A stretch of 64,000 bases of DNA from an uncultured Verrucomicrobiae bacterium (GCA_963836755.1 CAWIKF010000002.1:320001-384000), one strand, 5' to 3'. Positions 20,614 through 30,927 are shown, counted from the first letter of the stretch. Translations and numbers: made by a program. The notes: generated by a model not told the origin, from the sequence alone.

Positions 20614-21383
20614 CCATGGCAGTGAAGATCGTTTGCAAACAGTGCGGTCACGAAAACGAGGGCGAGAGAATTTACTGCCACCAGTGCGGCGCAAAGCTCG
20701 ACCGCACCGTCCTCGCTGCGGAAAAAAAACATGAGGAACCGCCCGAAAAAGCGCGCCGTCGCGTGCAGCGCCTGATCAATCCCGCGCGCGGATTTTTCCT
20801 AGGCTGGCAAAAGGCGTTGTTTAACAGTCTGCTGGCTGGCGCCATCGTCGCAGCTTGTGTGCTGGCGTCGCGGCCGCCGGATGGAATCCCGCCCGAGATC
20901 AAAAAAGAGGACCTCGGCGATGCGCCGCCCATTGCGCAGATGCTCGAGGATGCGACTTTGCAGTCCGCCCCGCAGACGGTGAAAATGTCCGAAAAAGTCA
21001 TCAACGATTATCTGCACAACGCCATCAAACCAGCGGCGGCGTCTACGTTCGGCGACTTCGTGAAGTTTGACCGCGCCTTTGTAAATCTGCGCGACGGAGC
21101 CTGCCGCATCACCTCTGAGCAATCCGTTTTCGGCTATCCGCTTTACGCTGGCACAGACGACAAATTGGCGATTCAAAACGGCAAAATCGTTGCCACCTCC
21201 GTCGGCGGAAACATCGGCCGCCTGCCGCTCCACCCGTTGCTCATGGAATACAGCGACCTGCTTTTCCAGAAACTTTGGGACTCGCTCACGCGCGAGCGAA
21301 AACTCCTCGACCAAATGGCCTCGATTTCAGTGCAAAAAGACAGCATCCAGGTCGTCACGAAAGGCGCAGCACCCGTGCGCTGA
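20610..21383 (+). CDS. Hypothetical membrane protein with N-terminal zinc ribbon
   Basis: CKQCG...YCHQCGAKL, one TM helix; ATG overlaps upstream stop. Confidence 0.7.
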   Translation: MTMAVKIVCKQCGHENEGERIYCHQCGAKLDRTVLAAEKKHEEPPEKARRRVQRLINPARGFFLGWQKALFNSLLAGAIVAACVLASRPPDGIPPEIKKEDLGDAPPIAQMLEDATLQSAPQTVKMSEKVINDYLHNAIKPAAASTFGDFVKFDRAFVNLRDGACRITSEQSVFGYPLYAGTDDKLAIQNGKIVATSVGGNIGRLPLHPLLMEYSDLLFQKLWDSLTRERKLLDQMASISVQKDSIQVVTKGAAPVR

Positions 21384-21392
21384 CTTTTTCCC

Positions 21393-22691
21393 ATGCGCCG
21401 TTTCCCCCTCCTCATCGTCGCGCTGCTCGCGTGCGCGTCGCCAGTGTTCGCGCTCAATCTTTCCCACAAAAGCGTCAGCCTCTCGCGGCAGTTCATCGTC
21501 TATTGCGATGACATGGGTGCGGGCGAAAAAATCGCCAGCTTCGCCGACGACACGAAAAAGAATTTCTGCGCGCTGCTCGGCCAGCCCGACAAATGGAAGC
21601 GGCCGATTGTCATCCAAGTCGTGCCCGAGGATCCCGCGAATCCATCCGCCATTCCCGCGCGCACGCAACTTTGTGAAACGGAGGATGGCGGCAAAGTTGA
21701 GATCGATGTGACGCTCGGCTCCGATCCGCGCGAGGTCCATTTCGAGCAACAAATCGTGCGCGGCCTCTTGCTCGAATTTGCCTATCGCAATCAGCCGATT
21801 CAGTCGGGTGTCGCCTATGCGGAGCCGCCGCCGTGGCTGGTGGAGGGCGCAGTCGCCTATTTTCACAATCGCGACTCAAACTTTGATCCCGGGGTATTTA
21901 AGCGATTGATGACCAATGATCATCTGCCGCGGCTCGCTGATTTTCTTTCGCAAAGCAGCGCCAATCTTGACCGGGCATCGCGTCAATTTTACAGCGCATG
22001 CGCGATGAGCCTCGTGCAATTGCTCGTCGAGCTTCCCGGCGGCCGCGCATCGCTCACGGCCTTTGTGAAAAATTTTCCGCGCGATTCCAGCGACAACATT
22101 GGCGCGCTCATCAAAAATTTTCCGACGCTCGGCGCGACGACGGAGAGCATGGAAAAATGGTGGGCGCTGAGCATGGCGCGACTCGCGGCGTCGGATCGGT
22201 ATCAAGGTCTCTCGCTGCAAGATTCCGAGCAGCGGCTCGCGGCGATTTTGTCTTTTGAAATCCCGGTCGGCCGCGCCGGTGAGAAAAAAACTTTTACGCT
22301 GGATCAGTTTGAAGAATTTAAAAAATTGCCCGGCAGTCGCGCGGTGCTCACGCGGCTGACCGCCGATTTGCTCGCGCTGAGCACGCAGGTCAGCATGCTT
22401 TATCGGCCGGTGATTTCAGATTACCAGCAGGTCGCCGCGGAGCTGGCGCGCGGCAAAACGCGCGGTGCGAAAGATCATCTCGCCGCCGCCGCGAAATATC
22501 GCGAAGTGCTTTTGACGAGGATCGATCAGATCGAGGATTATTTGAATTGGTTCGAGGCGACGCAGATGAGCACGGAAAGTGATTCCTTTGACGATTACAT
22601 GAAGACGGCGAAAGCGCTCGCGCACGACGCGTCCAAACGCGACGACCCCATTTCGCGTTATCTCGACGTGGTGCAGCAGCAGACGCAGTAG
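21393..22691 (+). CDS. Secreted hypothetical protein, peptidase MA-like fold without HExxH
   Basis: Signal peptide; PPWLVEG motif; no HExxH upstream of it. Confidence 0.55.
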   Translation: MRRFPLLIVALLACASPVFALNLSHKSVSLSRQFIVYCDDMGAGEKIASFADDTKKNFCALLGQPDKWKRPIVIQVVPEDPANPSAIPARTQLCETEDGGKVEIDVTLGSDPREVHFEQQIVRGLLLEFAYRNQPIQSGVAYAEPPPWLVEGAVAYFHNRDSNFDPGVFKRLMTNDHLPRLADFLSQSSANLDRASRQFYSACAMSLVQLLVELPGGRASLTAFVKNFPRDSSDNIGALIKNFPTLGATTESMEKWWALSMARLAASDRYQGLSLQDSEQRLAAILSFEIPVGRAGEKKTFTLDQFEEFKKLPGSRAVLTRLTADLLALSTQVSMLYRPVISDYQQVAAELARGKTRGAKDHLAAAAKYREVLLTRIDQIEDYLNWFEATQMSTESDSFDDYMKTAKALAHDASKRDDPISRYLDVVQQQTQ

Positions 22692-22700
22692 CGCGCGGTT

Positions 22701-23321
22701 TTAGACGCTGCCGATCGGCTCGCCGGCTTCGATTTTCGCCATGCAGTTCGGGCAGATGCCGTGCGAAAAATCGGTGCCGGTCTCGGAGTGAATGTAGGTC
22801 TCGATCTGGTGCCAGTAGTCCTTGTCGTCGCGGACACTTTTGCAATACATGCAAATCGGCAGCAAAGTTTGCAGCTTTTTCACGTCGGCCAACGCGGCTT
22901 CGAGATCATTTATTTTTTTCGCGAGCGTGCGCTCAAGCGCCACGACGCGCTGGCCCACGGTCAACCGCGCGCGCAATTCGTCGGGATCAAAAGGCTTGAT
23001 GACATAATCGTCAGCACCCGCTTCGAGCCCGGCGGCGATTTCTTCCTTCTGACTTTTTGCCGTGAGCAAAACCAAATAGACATACGGCTTGCCTACGCGC
23101 TGGCGGACGCGCGTGCAGACTTCCAGGCCGTCCATTTTCGGCATCATCCAATCGATGATTGCGAGCGGCGGCGCATCGTCGCCTTCCAAAATCGCGGCTG
23201 CTGCTGCGCCATCCTCCGCCGTCACCACGTGGAAGCCCCAGTTCATCAAATTCCGCTCGAGCAAGTGCCGCGAAACGTAATGGTCTTCGGCAATCAGAAC
23301 CCGATTCGCGTCAGCAGTCAT
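22701..23321 (-). CDS. Response regulator with C-terminal Cys-rich domain
   Basis: IAED, DWMMP, LLTAK, GADDYVIKPF; LPICMYCK...FSHGICPNC tail. Confidence 0.9.
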   Translation of the reverse strand: MTADANRVLIAEDHYVSRHLLERNLMNWGFHVVTAEDGAAAAAILEGDDAPPLAIIDWMMPKMDGLEVCTRVRQRVGKPYVYLVLLTAKSQKEEIAAGLEAGADDYVIKPFDPDELRARLTVGQRVVALERTLAKKINDLEAALADVKKLQTLLPICMYCKSVRDDKDYWHQIETYIHSETGTDFSHGICPNCMAKIEAGEPIGSV

Positions 23322-23479
23322 TCGTGGCCAATTTTGCACCGTTTTGCATTGAATCGCAAGTGTGGACGCGTTCGCGGGTAAGCGGCTGGGCCAAACCGCT
23401 CGCGGCTCACAAAGCCAGCCGGGGAAAGCTTTTGCGCTTTGCTAATTGCAGCCGATTGGTTTTTGCTGCTCGCGTTGAA

Positions 23480-24814
23480 ATGAAAGTTTCTGACCTGCGC
23501 GGCATCCTGCAATACGTTCCGCGGTTCCGCGAAAAAATCTTCGTCGTCGCCGTGGATGGCGACATCGTCGCATCGGAAAATTTCGCGAACATTCTCCTCG
23601 ACCTCGCGGTGCTGCGTTCGCTCAGCATCAAGGTCATCCTCGTGCACGGCGCGAGTTTTCAAATCGAAACTCTCGCGCGCGCACGGAAGGTGAAAATCTC
23701 TAATTCCGACGGCACCGGCATCACCGATGAGGCGACCCTGCGCATCTCGATCGAAGCTGCGACGAACGTGATGAACGACATCATGCAAGGCCTCACGTCA
23801 GTCGACCTGCGCGCCGCTTACGCGAACTCGATCATCGCGCATCCGGCGGGCATTCTCGGCGGCGTCGATTATCTCGGGACGGGCCGCGTGGAAAAGGTCG
23901 ATACGAAATCGCTGCATCTTTTTTTAAATGAAGGAATTACGCCGCTGATCGCGCCGATCGGTTTTGACGGCGAGGGAAAAACGTTTCGCGTCAACTCCGA
24001 CAGCATCGCCGTCGAGGTCGCGGAAGCGATGCGCGCGATGAAGATCATTTTTCTTTCTTCGCAAAAAAATTTGCAGATTGGCGGCGAAATCGTTCGCCAG
24101 CTTTCGATCGCGGAAGCCGAGGAAATTTTAAAAAAACGGAAAACAAAATCCGCGAACGCGCACGATTCGATCGACCCGAAACTCGTCTCGAAACTCGAGC
24201 ACGCCGCGCGCGCGTGCCGGCAGGGCGTGCCGCGCGTGCACCTGCTCGATGGCAACGAAAACGAAGCGCTGCTGAGCGAAATTTTCAGCCACACCGGCAT
24301 CGGCACGATGGTTTACTCCAATGAATACCAGCAGGTGCGGCGAGTGTTTAAAAAAGATGTGCGCGCGGTGATGTCGCTCATTCGGCAGTCGGTTGAGGGC
24401 GAGGAATTGATTCGCCGCACGCGCGCGGAAATTTTGCAGCACATCGAGGATTACTGGGTGCTGGAGGTCGACCGCAACCTCGTCGGCTGCGTGGCGCTCC
24501 ACATTTATGACGAGCCTAAAAAAGCGGAGATCGCGTGCCTCTACGTCAGCAAAAGCCATAGCGGCCAAGGCTACGGGCGCAAGCTGATGAGCTTTGCCGA
24601 AACGCTCGCCGCGGAAAAAGGCGTCGAGGAAATTTTCGCGCTCTCGACGCAGGCGTTCGCGTATTTCCAGCAAAAAGGCGGCTATGCCGAGGCGACGCCG
24701 GAGACGCTGCCCGCGAGTCGGCGCGAAAAATATGAGGCGAGCGGCCGCAATTCGAAAATCCTCATCAAGCCCGTTGCGCAGATCGTCGCCACCGAGACTT
24801 TGCGCGCTGGCTGA
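23480..24814 (+). CDS. argA: Amino-acid N-acetyltransferase (N-acetylglutamate synthase, AAK + GNAT)
   Basis: ILVHGA, GVPRVHLLDG...LLSEIFSHTGIGTM, GNAT GQGYG, GRNSKIL. Confidence 0.92.
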   Translation: MKVSDLRGILQYVPRFREKIFVVAVDGDIVASENFANILLDLAVLRSLSIKVILVHGASFQIETLARARKVKISNSDGTGITDEATLRISIEAATNVMNDIMQGLTSVDLRAAYANSIIAHPAGILGGVDYLGTGRVEKVDTKSLHLFLNEGITPLIAPIGFDGEGKTFRVNSDSIAVEVAEAMRAMKIIFLSSQKNLQIGGEIVRQLSIAEAEEILKKRKTKSANAHDSIDPKLVSKLEHAARACRQGVPRVHLLDGNENEALLSEIFSHTGIGTMVYSNEYQQVRRVFKKDVRAVMSLIRQSVEGEELIRRTRAEILQHIEDYWVLEVDRNLVGCVALHIYDEPKKAEIACLYVSKSHSGQGYGRKLMSFAETLAAEKGVEEIFALSTQAFAYFQQKGGYAEATPETLPASRREKYEASGRNSKILIKPVAQIVATETLRAG

Positions 24815-24828
24815 CATCGTTTAACACA

Positions 24829-26448
24829 ATGAATCCATGGTTCATCGACGGCGTCATCATCGTCGTTTACTTCGTCGTCGTGATCTGCATCGGCCTTTAC
24901 AAAGGCCGCGGCGACCGGACGATGGAGGGCTTCGCGATCGGCGACCGGAACATTCCGTGGTGGGCGGTGCTTGCGTCGCTGCTCGCTGCGGAGATCAGCG
25001 CGGGAACTTTTCTCGGCGCGCCTGGCGAGGGTTACGGGCTGCGCAATTTCACCTATGTGCAGCTCGCCATCGGCACGATCATCGGGCGCATCGTAGTCAG
25101 CTACGTGTTCATCAAACCGTATTACGATTATCGCGTCGTCTCGATTTACCAGTATCTGCTGCTCCGCTTCGGCGTCGGCACGCGCAACGCGGCCAGCGCG
25201 GTTTTTCTAATCACGCGCGCGCTCGCGAGCGGGACGCGTCTTTATGTCGCTGCGATCATTTTGCTGCTCGGTTTTGAAATGGCTTTCGGCGTGAAGCCGA
25301 CGCCGGTGCAGGAGCTGGAGATTTACGTCGGTTCCTTGACCGCCGTCACAGTGTTAACGGCGATTTACACCGCGCTCGGCGGGATCAAGGCCGTCGTCTG
25401 GACCGATTTGATCCAAGCCTCGATCATGTTTGGCGCGATGGGTTTTGCGATCTGGTTTTTACTCCACCAAATCGGCGGCTGGGCTCACGCGCAGGCGCTG
25501 CTGCACGCGCCGGGAGATTTGCAGATCTTCGACAGCGGCGAAAAACCGGGCGCCGGTTTTTTTCACAACGTTAAAAACGTGCTGGAGAGTGAATACACTT
25601 TGTGGGCGGCGTTCCTAGGATCAACTTTTACCACGATGGCCACGCACGGGACCGATCAGGACATGGCGCAGCGGATGTTGACGGCGAAGAATCATCATCG
25701 CAGCCGACTCGCGCTGATTTGCAGCGGCCTGATGGACATCCCGATCAACGTCGCATTTTTGCTGATCGGAATTTTGCTCTGGGTTTATTTTAAAACGCAT
25801 CCGGACCCAAATCTGCCGGCGAAAAATCCGCATATTTTTGCGTATTACATTTTGCATGAGCTGCCGGTCGGCGTCCGCGGGCTGCTGGTCGCGGGATTAT
25901 TTGCGACCGCCATGGGGTCGTTGAGCACGGCGCTCAACGCGCTGGCAACCAGTTTCACCGAGGACTGGTATCAGCCTTACATCCATCCGACGGCGACGCC
26001 GGCCGAGGTTTTAAAAGCCGCGCGCTGGAGCACCGTTTTTTTCGCGCTGCTCCTCATTTTGATCGGCTCCGGCACCGCATGGGTCGTCATCAGCAACCCG
26101 AAGGCGCGCATCATCCCGATCGTGCTCGGAGTTTTCGGTTACACCTACGGCTCGCTGCTCGGCGTTTTTCTCTGCGGCATGCTGACGAAAAAGCGCGGCA
26201 GCAACTTTGGCAACGTGCTCGCGATGATTCTGGGATTTCTCGTCGTCGCGATTTTGAGCGGCCTGCACAATGATTTGCTGGCGGTGATGGGTCTGCCGCC
26301 GGTGTTGAAATTGGACTGGCTGCCCGTGATCGAATTCCCGTGGCGGATCCTTTTTGGCACGGTGATAACGTTTGTTGTAGCTCTGTTTTTCCGAACTCCC
26401 GAGACGCAGATCGAAAAGGCGCTGGCGCACATTCGGGAATCGGCCTGA
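24829..26448 (+). CDS. Sodium:solute symporter family transporter
   Basis: Many TM helices; GGIKAVVWTDLIQ, GTDQDMAQRML, AMGSLSTALNAL. Confidence 0.9.
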   Translation: MNPWFIDGVIIVVYFVVVICIGLYKGRGDRTMEGFAIGDRNIPWWAVLASLLAAEISAGTFLGAPGEGYGLRNFTYVQLAIGTIIGRIVVSYVFIKPYYDYRVVSIYQYLLLRFGVGTRNAASAVFLITRALASGTRLYVAAIILLLGFEMAFGVKPTPVQELEIYVGSLTAVTVLTAIYTALGGIKAVVWTDLIQASIMFGAMGFAIWFLLHQIGGWAHAQALLHAPGDLQIFDSGEKPGAGFFHNVKNVLESEYTLWAAFLGSTFTTMATHGTDQDMAQRMLTAKNHHRSRLALICSGLMDIPINVAFLLIGILLWVYFKTHPDPNLPAKNPHIFAYYILHELPVGVRGLLVAGLFATAMGSLSTALNALATSFTEDWYQPYIHPTATPAEVLKAARWSTVFFALLLILIGSGTAWVVISNPKARIIPIVLGVFGYTYGSLLGVFLCGMLTKKRGSNFGNVLAMILGFLVVAILSGLHNDLLAVMGLPPVLKLDWLPVIEFPWRILFGTVITFVVALFFRTPETQIEKALAHIRESA

Positions 26449-26624
26449 TTGCTGACTTCGGAATCGATGCGGCGCGCGAACCAGCGCCATTCCTTGCGCT
26501 GCGAGCGTCAAGGATTTTTCGTCGCATGGATGAAATAAAGTTGTAACAGAAACGCCATTTTCGCTTGTCGGCAAAATGAGCCGGAAGTAGTCTGCGCCCG
26601 CTCCGGGCGAGAGCCCGCCAAGCA

Positions 26625-26912
26625 TGTGAATAACTTGTGAACAAACCCGCAAATCTCTCATTTCTCCGTAGAACAAGCCATTCATGCTGGTATTCAGATG
26701 CGGATCGCTCGCAAAGGCCGCAAATATCAATGTTCCACAGTGAGGGAAGTTCGATGGCGCTCGAAATCAGCAGCTTAAACGGATGCCAGAAAGGACGAGC
26801 TATCTTCGGACTGCTTAATTCGTCGATCAAAAATCTCCCGAAGAACTCGCTTTCTCGCCTCGGAAGACCCGTTTCAATCACGCGCAAAAACTCCCCACGG
26901 CTCAGTGGATAA
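26625..26912. promoter_or_regulatory. DnaA-box cluster upstream of dnaA (putative oriC and/or dnaA autoregulation)
   Basis: TGTGAATAA 26625-26633 (rc TTATTCACA, fits TTATNCACA); TGTGAACAA 26636-26644; TGTTCCACA 26731-26739; AGTGGATAA 26904-26912, in a ~470-bp intergenic gap. Confidence 0.65.
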
Positions 26913-26919
26913 GTGCTTC

Positions 26920-28305
26920 ATGAACAACAATCTTGACCTCATTTGGAAACCGATCGCGGAAGCGATTGCCGCGCAGGTTGGGAAGGATGCATATCAGCGA
27001 TGGTTTCAAGAAATCGAGCTCGCCCACGCCGACGAGGATGTTTTGGAGCTGCGGGTCCCAAACAACATTCATCAGCTCTGGATCGAATCGAATTATCTGT
27101 CCGTCGTGCAAAATTCGATCTCTTCCGTTCTCGGAGCTCCGCGTCACATCAAATTCATCATCGCGAAGGAACTGGACGTGGCGGCGGCGGAACAAACTCA
27201 GCCGGAGCCGAAAAACTCGCTCGAGCATTCCATTCGTCTCGCGCCGGCTTCGTGCACCCCGCATGCCGCAATGCCCGCGACCAGCAACGGGATGAACCCG
27301 CGCAACACGTTTGACTTTTTCGTCGTCGGCGCGAACAACCAATTTGCGCACGCAGCCGCCATGGCTGTGGCTCAGACGCCGGCGAAGACTTACAACCCGC
27401 TCTTTATGTATGGCGGCGTAGGCTTGGGCAAAACGCATCTCATGCAGGCCATCGGCCAGCAGGTGGCCGGGCGCGGGAAAAACCTGAAAATCATGTATCT
27501 CTCGAGCGAGAGATTTACGAACGAGTTCATTGACGCGCTGCAAAACAGCACGCTCGTGAAATTTCGCAAACGCTATCGCCAGGCCGATGTGCTTCTGATT
27601 GACGACATTCAATTCTTCGGCGGCAAAGAGCGGTCGCAGGAAGAGTTTTTTCACACGTTTAACACGTTGTTCGATGGGCATAAGCAAATTGTCCTCTCAA
27701 GCGACCGGCCTCCGACGGAGATCGCGAACCTCGAGCAACGGCTTGTTTCGCGCTTCGAATCTGGCCTGACGGCCGAGTTGCAGCCGCCCGACGTCGAAAC
27801 GCGCGTGGCGATTCTGCGGAAAAAAGCGGAGGGAATGCAGATCAAACTCGAGAATCGCATCTACGAATTTCTCGCGCTCCGCATCCGCACCAATGTCCGC
27901 CGGCTGGAAGGCGCGCTGATGCGCGTCGCCTCGTATACATCGCTCAGTGGCAAATCGCTCACCGATGAGGCTGTTGAACATTTACTAAAGGACATGTTAC
28001 AAGAGGAAGCGAAACGCGCGATCACGATCGACCAGATCCAAAAGCGCGTCGCCGAACATTTCGACGTGCGACTCGCGGACATGTCGAGCAAGCGCCGTCC
28101 TCGAAACATCGCGTTTCCGCGTCAGATCGCGATGTATCTCGCGCGCGAAAATACCAAGTCATCGCTCAACGAAATTGGCGAGGCATTCGGCGGGCGCGAT
28201 CACGGGACGGTGCTGCATGCGCACCGGCTCGTCGCCGAAAGAATCAAGTCCGACGAAAAAACGCGGCAGATTGTTTCCCTTCTCGAGAGCCATTTGCACC
28301 GTTGA
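26920..28305 (+). CDS. dnaA: Chromosomal replication initiator DnaA
   Basis: YNPLFMYGGVGLGKTHL, LLIDDIQF, QEEFFHTFN, GGRDHGTVLHA; alternative GTG start at 26905. Confidence 0.98.
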   Translation: MNNNLDLIWKPIAEAIAAQVGKDAYQRWFQEIELAHADEDVLELRVPNNIHQLWIESNYLSVVQNSISSVLGAPRHIKFIIAKELDVAAAEQTQPEPKNSLEHSIRLAPASCTPHAAMPATSNGMNPRNTFDFFVVGANNQFAHAAAMAVAQTPAKTYNPLFMYGGVGLGKTHLMQAIGQQVAGRGKNLKIMYLSSERFTNEFIDALQNSTLVKFRKRYRQADVLLIDDIQFFGGKERSQEEFFHTFNTLFDGHKQIVLSSDRPPTEIANLEQRLVSRFESGLTAELQPPDVETRVAILRKKAEGMQIKLENRIYEFLALRIRTNVRRLEGALMRVASYTSLSGKSLTDEAVEHLLKDMLQEEAKRAITIDQIQKRVAEHFDVRLADMSSKRRPRNIAFPRQIAMYLARENTKSSLNEIGEAFGGRDHGTVLHAHRLVAERIKSDEKTRQIVSLLESHLHR

Positions 28306-28323
28306 GCGCGCCACGAAGAAACT

Positions 28324-28351
28324 TTGACATGCTGGATGGAATTTAGATCAT
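28324..28351 (+). promoter_or_regulatory. Possible sigma70-type promoter for dnaN
   Basis: Perfect TTGACA at 28324-28329 with weak -10 (GATCAT) 16 nt downstream. Confidence 0.3.
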
Positions 28352-28388
28352 CCATCGAACTTCCGCGTTCCCGCGCCATCCCGTTTTT

Positions 28389-29483
28389 ATGAAATTTAGT
28401 GTCAGCAAAGATAAGCTCCTCGAAGGTCTCCAGACGGTGCAAAATGTGGTCAGCACGCGCACCACGCTCCCGATTCTTTCCAATGTTTTGCTGCAGGCTG
28501 CGGATGGCGAATTGCGGTTGACGACGACTGATCTCGACGTCGGCGTGCGCGGCGGAATCGAGGCGCAAATCGAGAAGCCAGGCGCGACCACATTGCCCGC
28601 GAGGCGTCTGTTTACCATCGTTCGCGAGCTTCCGGCCTCAGAAATCCAGATCGACATCGATTCCAAAAATGTCGCCTCGATTCGCAGTGGCGCGAGTTTT
28701 TTCAAGATCCTCGGCCTGCCCGAGGAAGAGTTTCCGCCGCTGCCGAAATTTGAAAACGCGAAGACTTTCACGATCCGACAAAAAGAGCTGCGCGACGGTC
28801 TGAAAAAAACCAGCTACGCGATCTCGACCGACGAGACGCGCTACGTCCTCAACGGCATTCTCTGCTCGTTCAAGGACAACAAGCTCACGCTCGTCGCGAC
28901 TGACGGGCGGCGGCTCGCGCTGCTCGACATCGAGCTGGAATTTCCGCGCAGCCAGGAAGTCGACATCATCGTGCCGACGAAAGCGGTTTCGGAATTGCAG
29001 CGATTGCTCGGCGACGAGGGCGACGTGAAAATGATGGTCGGCGAGAATCAGGTCGCATTCGATCTCAACGGAAAGCTGCTGGTCTCGAAACTGATCGAGG
29101 GAAATTATCCGAACTACCGACAAGTGATTCCCGCGGAGGCGAAGGAGCGTGTGACGCTCGAGCGCGAAACTTTTCTCAGCACTGTCCATCGCGTCTCACT
29201 CCTCTCGAGCGAAAAATCGAATTCCGTGAAGCTCATTTTTTCGCGCAACAACATCGACATCACCGCGAACACGCCCGAGGTCGGCGAGGCGCGCGAGTCG
29301 CTGCCCGTGCAATACAAGGGCAAGGATTTTCAGATCGCCTTCAACCCCGCGTTCCTCATGGACCCGCTCCGCAGCCTCCCGAACGACGAAGTCTACCTCG
29401 ACCTCATCGACGAGATGAGCCCGGGCGTCTTGAAAATCCAGAGCCCGTTTCTTTACGTGCTGATGCCGATGCGCATCAGCTGA
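28389..29483 (+). CDS. dnaN: DNA polymerase III beta sliding clamp
   Basis: TLPILSNVL, ETRYVLNG, ATDGRRL, LIEGNYPNYRQVIP, VLMPMR. Confidence 0.98.
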   Translation: MKFSVSKDKLLEGLQTVQNVVSTRTTLPILSNVLLQAADGELRLTTTDLDVGVRGGIEAQIEKPGATTLPARRLFTIVRELPASEIQIDIDSKNVASIRSGASFFKILGLPEEEFPPLPKFENAKTFTIRQKELRDGLKKTSYAISTDETRYVLNGILCSFKDNKLTLVATDGRRLALLDIELEFPRSQEVDIIVPTKAVSELQRLLGDEGDVKMMVGENQVAFDLNGKLLVSKLIEGNYPNYRQVIPAEAKERVTLERETFLSTVHRVSLLSSEKSNSVKLIFSRNNIDITANTPEVGEARESLPVQYKGKDFQIAFNPAFLMDPLRSLPNDEVYLDLIDEMSPGVLKIQSPFLYVLMPMRIS

Positions 29484-29590
29484 CCGGCGGTCAATTTCGG
29501 ATTGCACATTGCCGCGCGTGCGGTAGTTTTTGCGCCCGGTAATTGCGCGGCGGGCACGACGCCTTTCGCGCACTTTTGGAAAAAAATCTC

Positions 29591-29672
29591 GCTCACGTGG
29601 CGGAACTGGCAGACGCGCACGGCTCAGGACCGTGTGGGGCAACCCATGGAGGTTCGAGTCCTCTCGTGAGCA
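29591..29672 (+). tRNA. tRNA-Leu(CAG); CCA not encoded
   Basis: GCTCACG/CGTGAGC acceptor stem, CACGG-CTCAGGA-CCGTG anticodon arm, long variable arm, GGTTCGAGTCC. Confidence 0.95.
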
Positions 29673-29714
29673 TTTCTTCGCGCGGCGCGGCGGCGCTGCT
29701 AAAGTCCCCGCGAG

Positions 29715-29924
29715 ATGAAAATTCCGCACTTCCTAATGATCCTCGCGATCATTTTTGCCGCTGTCGCTCCGCTATATTTCCGTCAACCAATACCAAACAA
29801 CTGCGCACTCCTCGAAAAGCGTCTGGACCAGGATGAAAAAGATCTCTCGCAGGCGCAACAGGATGTCGGCGAGCTGAAACAGCAGATGCAAATCGTGCTG
29901 CGGCGCGGTTCGCTCCCCGACTAG
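29715..29924 (+). CDS. Small hypothetical protein (TM helix plus coiled coil)
   Basis: Hydrophobic N-terminus, heptad-like C-terminus; fills the gap between tRNA and convergent gene. Confidence 0.5.
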   Translation: MKIPHFLMILAIIFAAVAPLYFRQPIPNNCALLEKRLDQDEKDLSQAQQDVGELKQQMQIVLRRGSLPD

Positions 29925-30598
29925 TCCGCGAGCAGCCCGTCGCGAATTTCCAGCCGCCGATCGCCGCGCGTCGCGAGCTGTGCGTCGTGCGTCACCACCA
30001 CCAGCGTCGTCTGCTTTTCGCGCACCAACGCGAGTAAAAGTTCCACGATCGCGCCGCCTGTTTTCGAGTCGAGATTGCCCGTCGGCTCATCGGCGAAAAT
30101 CACGCTCGGCTCATTCATCACCGCGCGCGCGATCGCCACCCGCTGCTGCTCGCCGCCCGAAAGTTCCCCGGGCAAATGCTGCAGCCGATCGCTAAGCCCC
30201 ACGCGCGCCAATGCCGCTGAAGCCGCTTCCGCGCTTGGTTTGCGGCCGATCATCAGCGGCAGCATCACATTTTCCAGCGCCGTCAGTTCCGGCAGCAAAA
30301 AGTAACCTTGGAAGACAAAGCCGACCCGCTCATTGCGCAACCGCGCCTGCACGCGGTCGCCGCCGCGATAAAGCTGCTCCCCTTCAAAATGCACGGTCCC
30401 CGCCTCGGGCCGCTCCAGCCCGGCCAGCGTGTAGAGCAGCGTCGACTTGCCCGCGCCCGACGCGCCGCAGAGAAAAATCGCCTCGCCACGGGACACCTCC
30501 AGCGAGATGCCGCGCAGCACCTCCACGCGCCGCGCGCCGATGACGAAAGAGCGGCGCAAATCGCGCGCGATGAGATGTGGTTCGCTCACGGCGCGCAT
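29921..30598 (-). CDS. LolD-like ABC transporter ATP-binding protein
   Basis: [43 protein letters not shown]; start 30598 (ATG) or 30589 (GTG). Confidence 0.88.
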   Translation of the reverse strand: MRAVSEPHLIARDLRRSFVIGARRVEVLRGISLEVSRGEAIFLCGASGAGKSTLLYTLAGLERPEAGTVHFEGEQLYRGGDRVQARLRNERVGFVFQGYFLLPELTALENVMLPLMIGRKPSAEAASAALARVGLSDRLQHLPGELSGGEQQRVAIARAVMNEPSVIFADEPTGNLDSKTGGAIVELLLALVREKQTTLVVVTHDAQLATRGDRRLEIRDGLLAD

Positions 30599-30696
30599 TA
30601 AAGGCGCGCCGCTGCGATTTGGCAAAAAAAACCGGCGCGCGCGGCGTCGGATCAGCGGCGCTGGCAGCACAGAGCTTCAAAACTGCCCTCGAAAAT

Positions 30697-30927
30697 CCTA
30701 GGATTTTTGCTCCCAATCCCAGGATTTTTGCGGTCCAACCTAGGATTTTCGATGCCGGACCTAGGATTCTTGCCGCCAGTCCTGGGATTTTTCGTCCCAG
30801 ACGCAGGATTTTTGCCGTCCAACCTAGGATTTTTGGTGCCAGTCCCAGGATTTTTGCGCCCAATCCTAGGATTTTGGCCGCCAGTCCCAGGATTTTTGGC
30901 GTTAGTCGGCGGATTATTGCGGTCAGG
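30697..30927. repeat. Tandem array of 10-11 x 21 bp, consensus CCYAGGATTTTTG-N8
   Basis: Units start at 30697, 30718, 30739, 30760, 30781, 30802, 30823, 30844, 30865, 30886, (30907 degenerate). Confidence 0.92.

Noticed and set aside
30697..30927. CRISPR array
   Set aside because: The constant part is only ~13 nt and the variable part 8 nt with recurring variants; no cas genes in the window
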